Notes under the pieces: generated by a model
Told to the model about the DNA's origin: nothing
Seen by the model: the letters and a program-made list of their open reading frames with translations, nothing else
The model's database searches: none
Position numbers and translations under genes: made by a program
Shown: one piece after another, positions 63,576 through 64,000 of the stretch
Position numbering within the stretch: the first letter of the stretch is position 1
Layout: every line of letters begins with the position of its first letter
Assembly: GCF_963921235.1 (NCBI RefSeq)
Contig: NC_086107.1
Coordinates: 102,860,001-102,924,000 of the forward strand
Origin: Mobula hypostoma
Lineage: Eukaryota
Direction of reading: 5' to 3'
DNA: 64,000 nucleotides

Positions 63576-64000
63576 TCCATGGCTTTCACACACTCAAACC
63601 AAGCAAAGCATTTTACATTGCTGTAGAAAGAAAGTGTTACATTTTCAGGACACTCAATGGAATTCACTTTTCTTGTTTCGTAAGAAAGCAAAGAAGTCAG
63701 TTTGCACAGGGAAGTTTCCATGGGCAAAAAAAATGGAGCATTTCCACAAAGAGTGTGAAGTTTATGGGCATTGAGAACTTTTATTTGGTATTCCAATTAA
63801 GTTTCTTTCTTGGCTCATTTAAAAGGGAAAAACAAGAGACTGCAGACATTGGAATTTACTTCTTTTTCTTCCTCCACCCATTCTATCCGCCCTCAATCTC
63901 TGACTGGGTCCCCTCCCCCACTGCCCCCACCTGCCCTCTCCCACTTGATTCCTCTCTCCACCTTCCTTCCCTATCAGATCCCGTCACCTTCGGCCTTTTA

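Noticed and set aside
63600..63830. 3' end of a neighbouring gene (PHF5A lies upstream of TOB2 in human), suggested by a minus-strand AATAAA at 63780-63785
   Set aside because: No coding exon is visible and the adjacent sequence is a Penelope-like relic; a lone hexamer is insufficient.

Overview
Repeat-dense vertebrate DNA, probably a cartilaginous fish such as a ray or shark; this is inferred only from the repeat landscape. I can support one host gene, TOB2 (BTG/Tob family, minus strand). Its single coding exon is 35972..35058 (304 aa, BTG domain plus two PAM2 motifs). It has a clear splice acceptor at 36033, a likely non-coding exon 1 and CpG-island promoter at about 55460-55990 (intron about 19.4 kb), and a probable 5.7 kb transposon-free 3' UTR ending near 29370. 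The rest is a mosaic of CR1, Rex1/L2-like and RTE-related LINE fragments, tRNA-derived SINEs, a solo LTR, Tc1/Tigger/hAT relics and minisatellites. The most striking non-obvious signal is a family of Penelope-like (GIY-YIG) retroelement termini carrying a 36-nt minimal hammerhead ribozyme (AGTC-CTGANGA-stem II-GAAAC-GTC^GACT). Six copies have intact cores and several more are decayed. Two insertions are stand-alone 250-300 bp fold-back units with two diverging ribozymes and target-site duplications, one of them right beside the TOB2 promoter. Hammerheads in Penelope-like elements are known in general; whether this family and its fold-back form are described needs a database check. Repeat family names are by-eye recognition and their boundaries are approximate unless a TSD is given.
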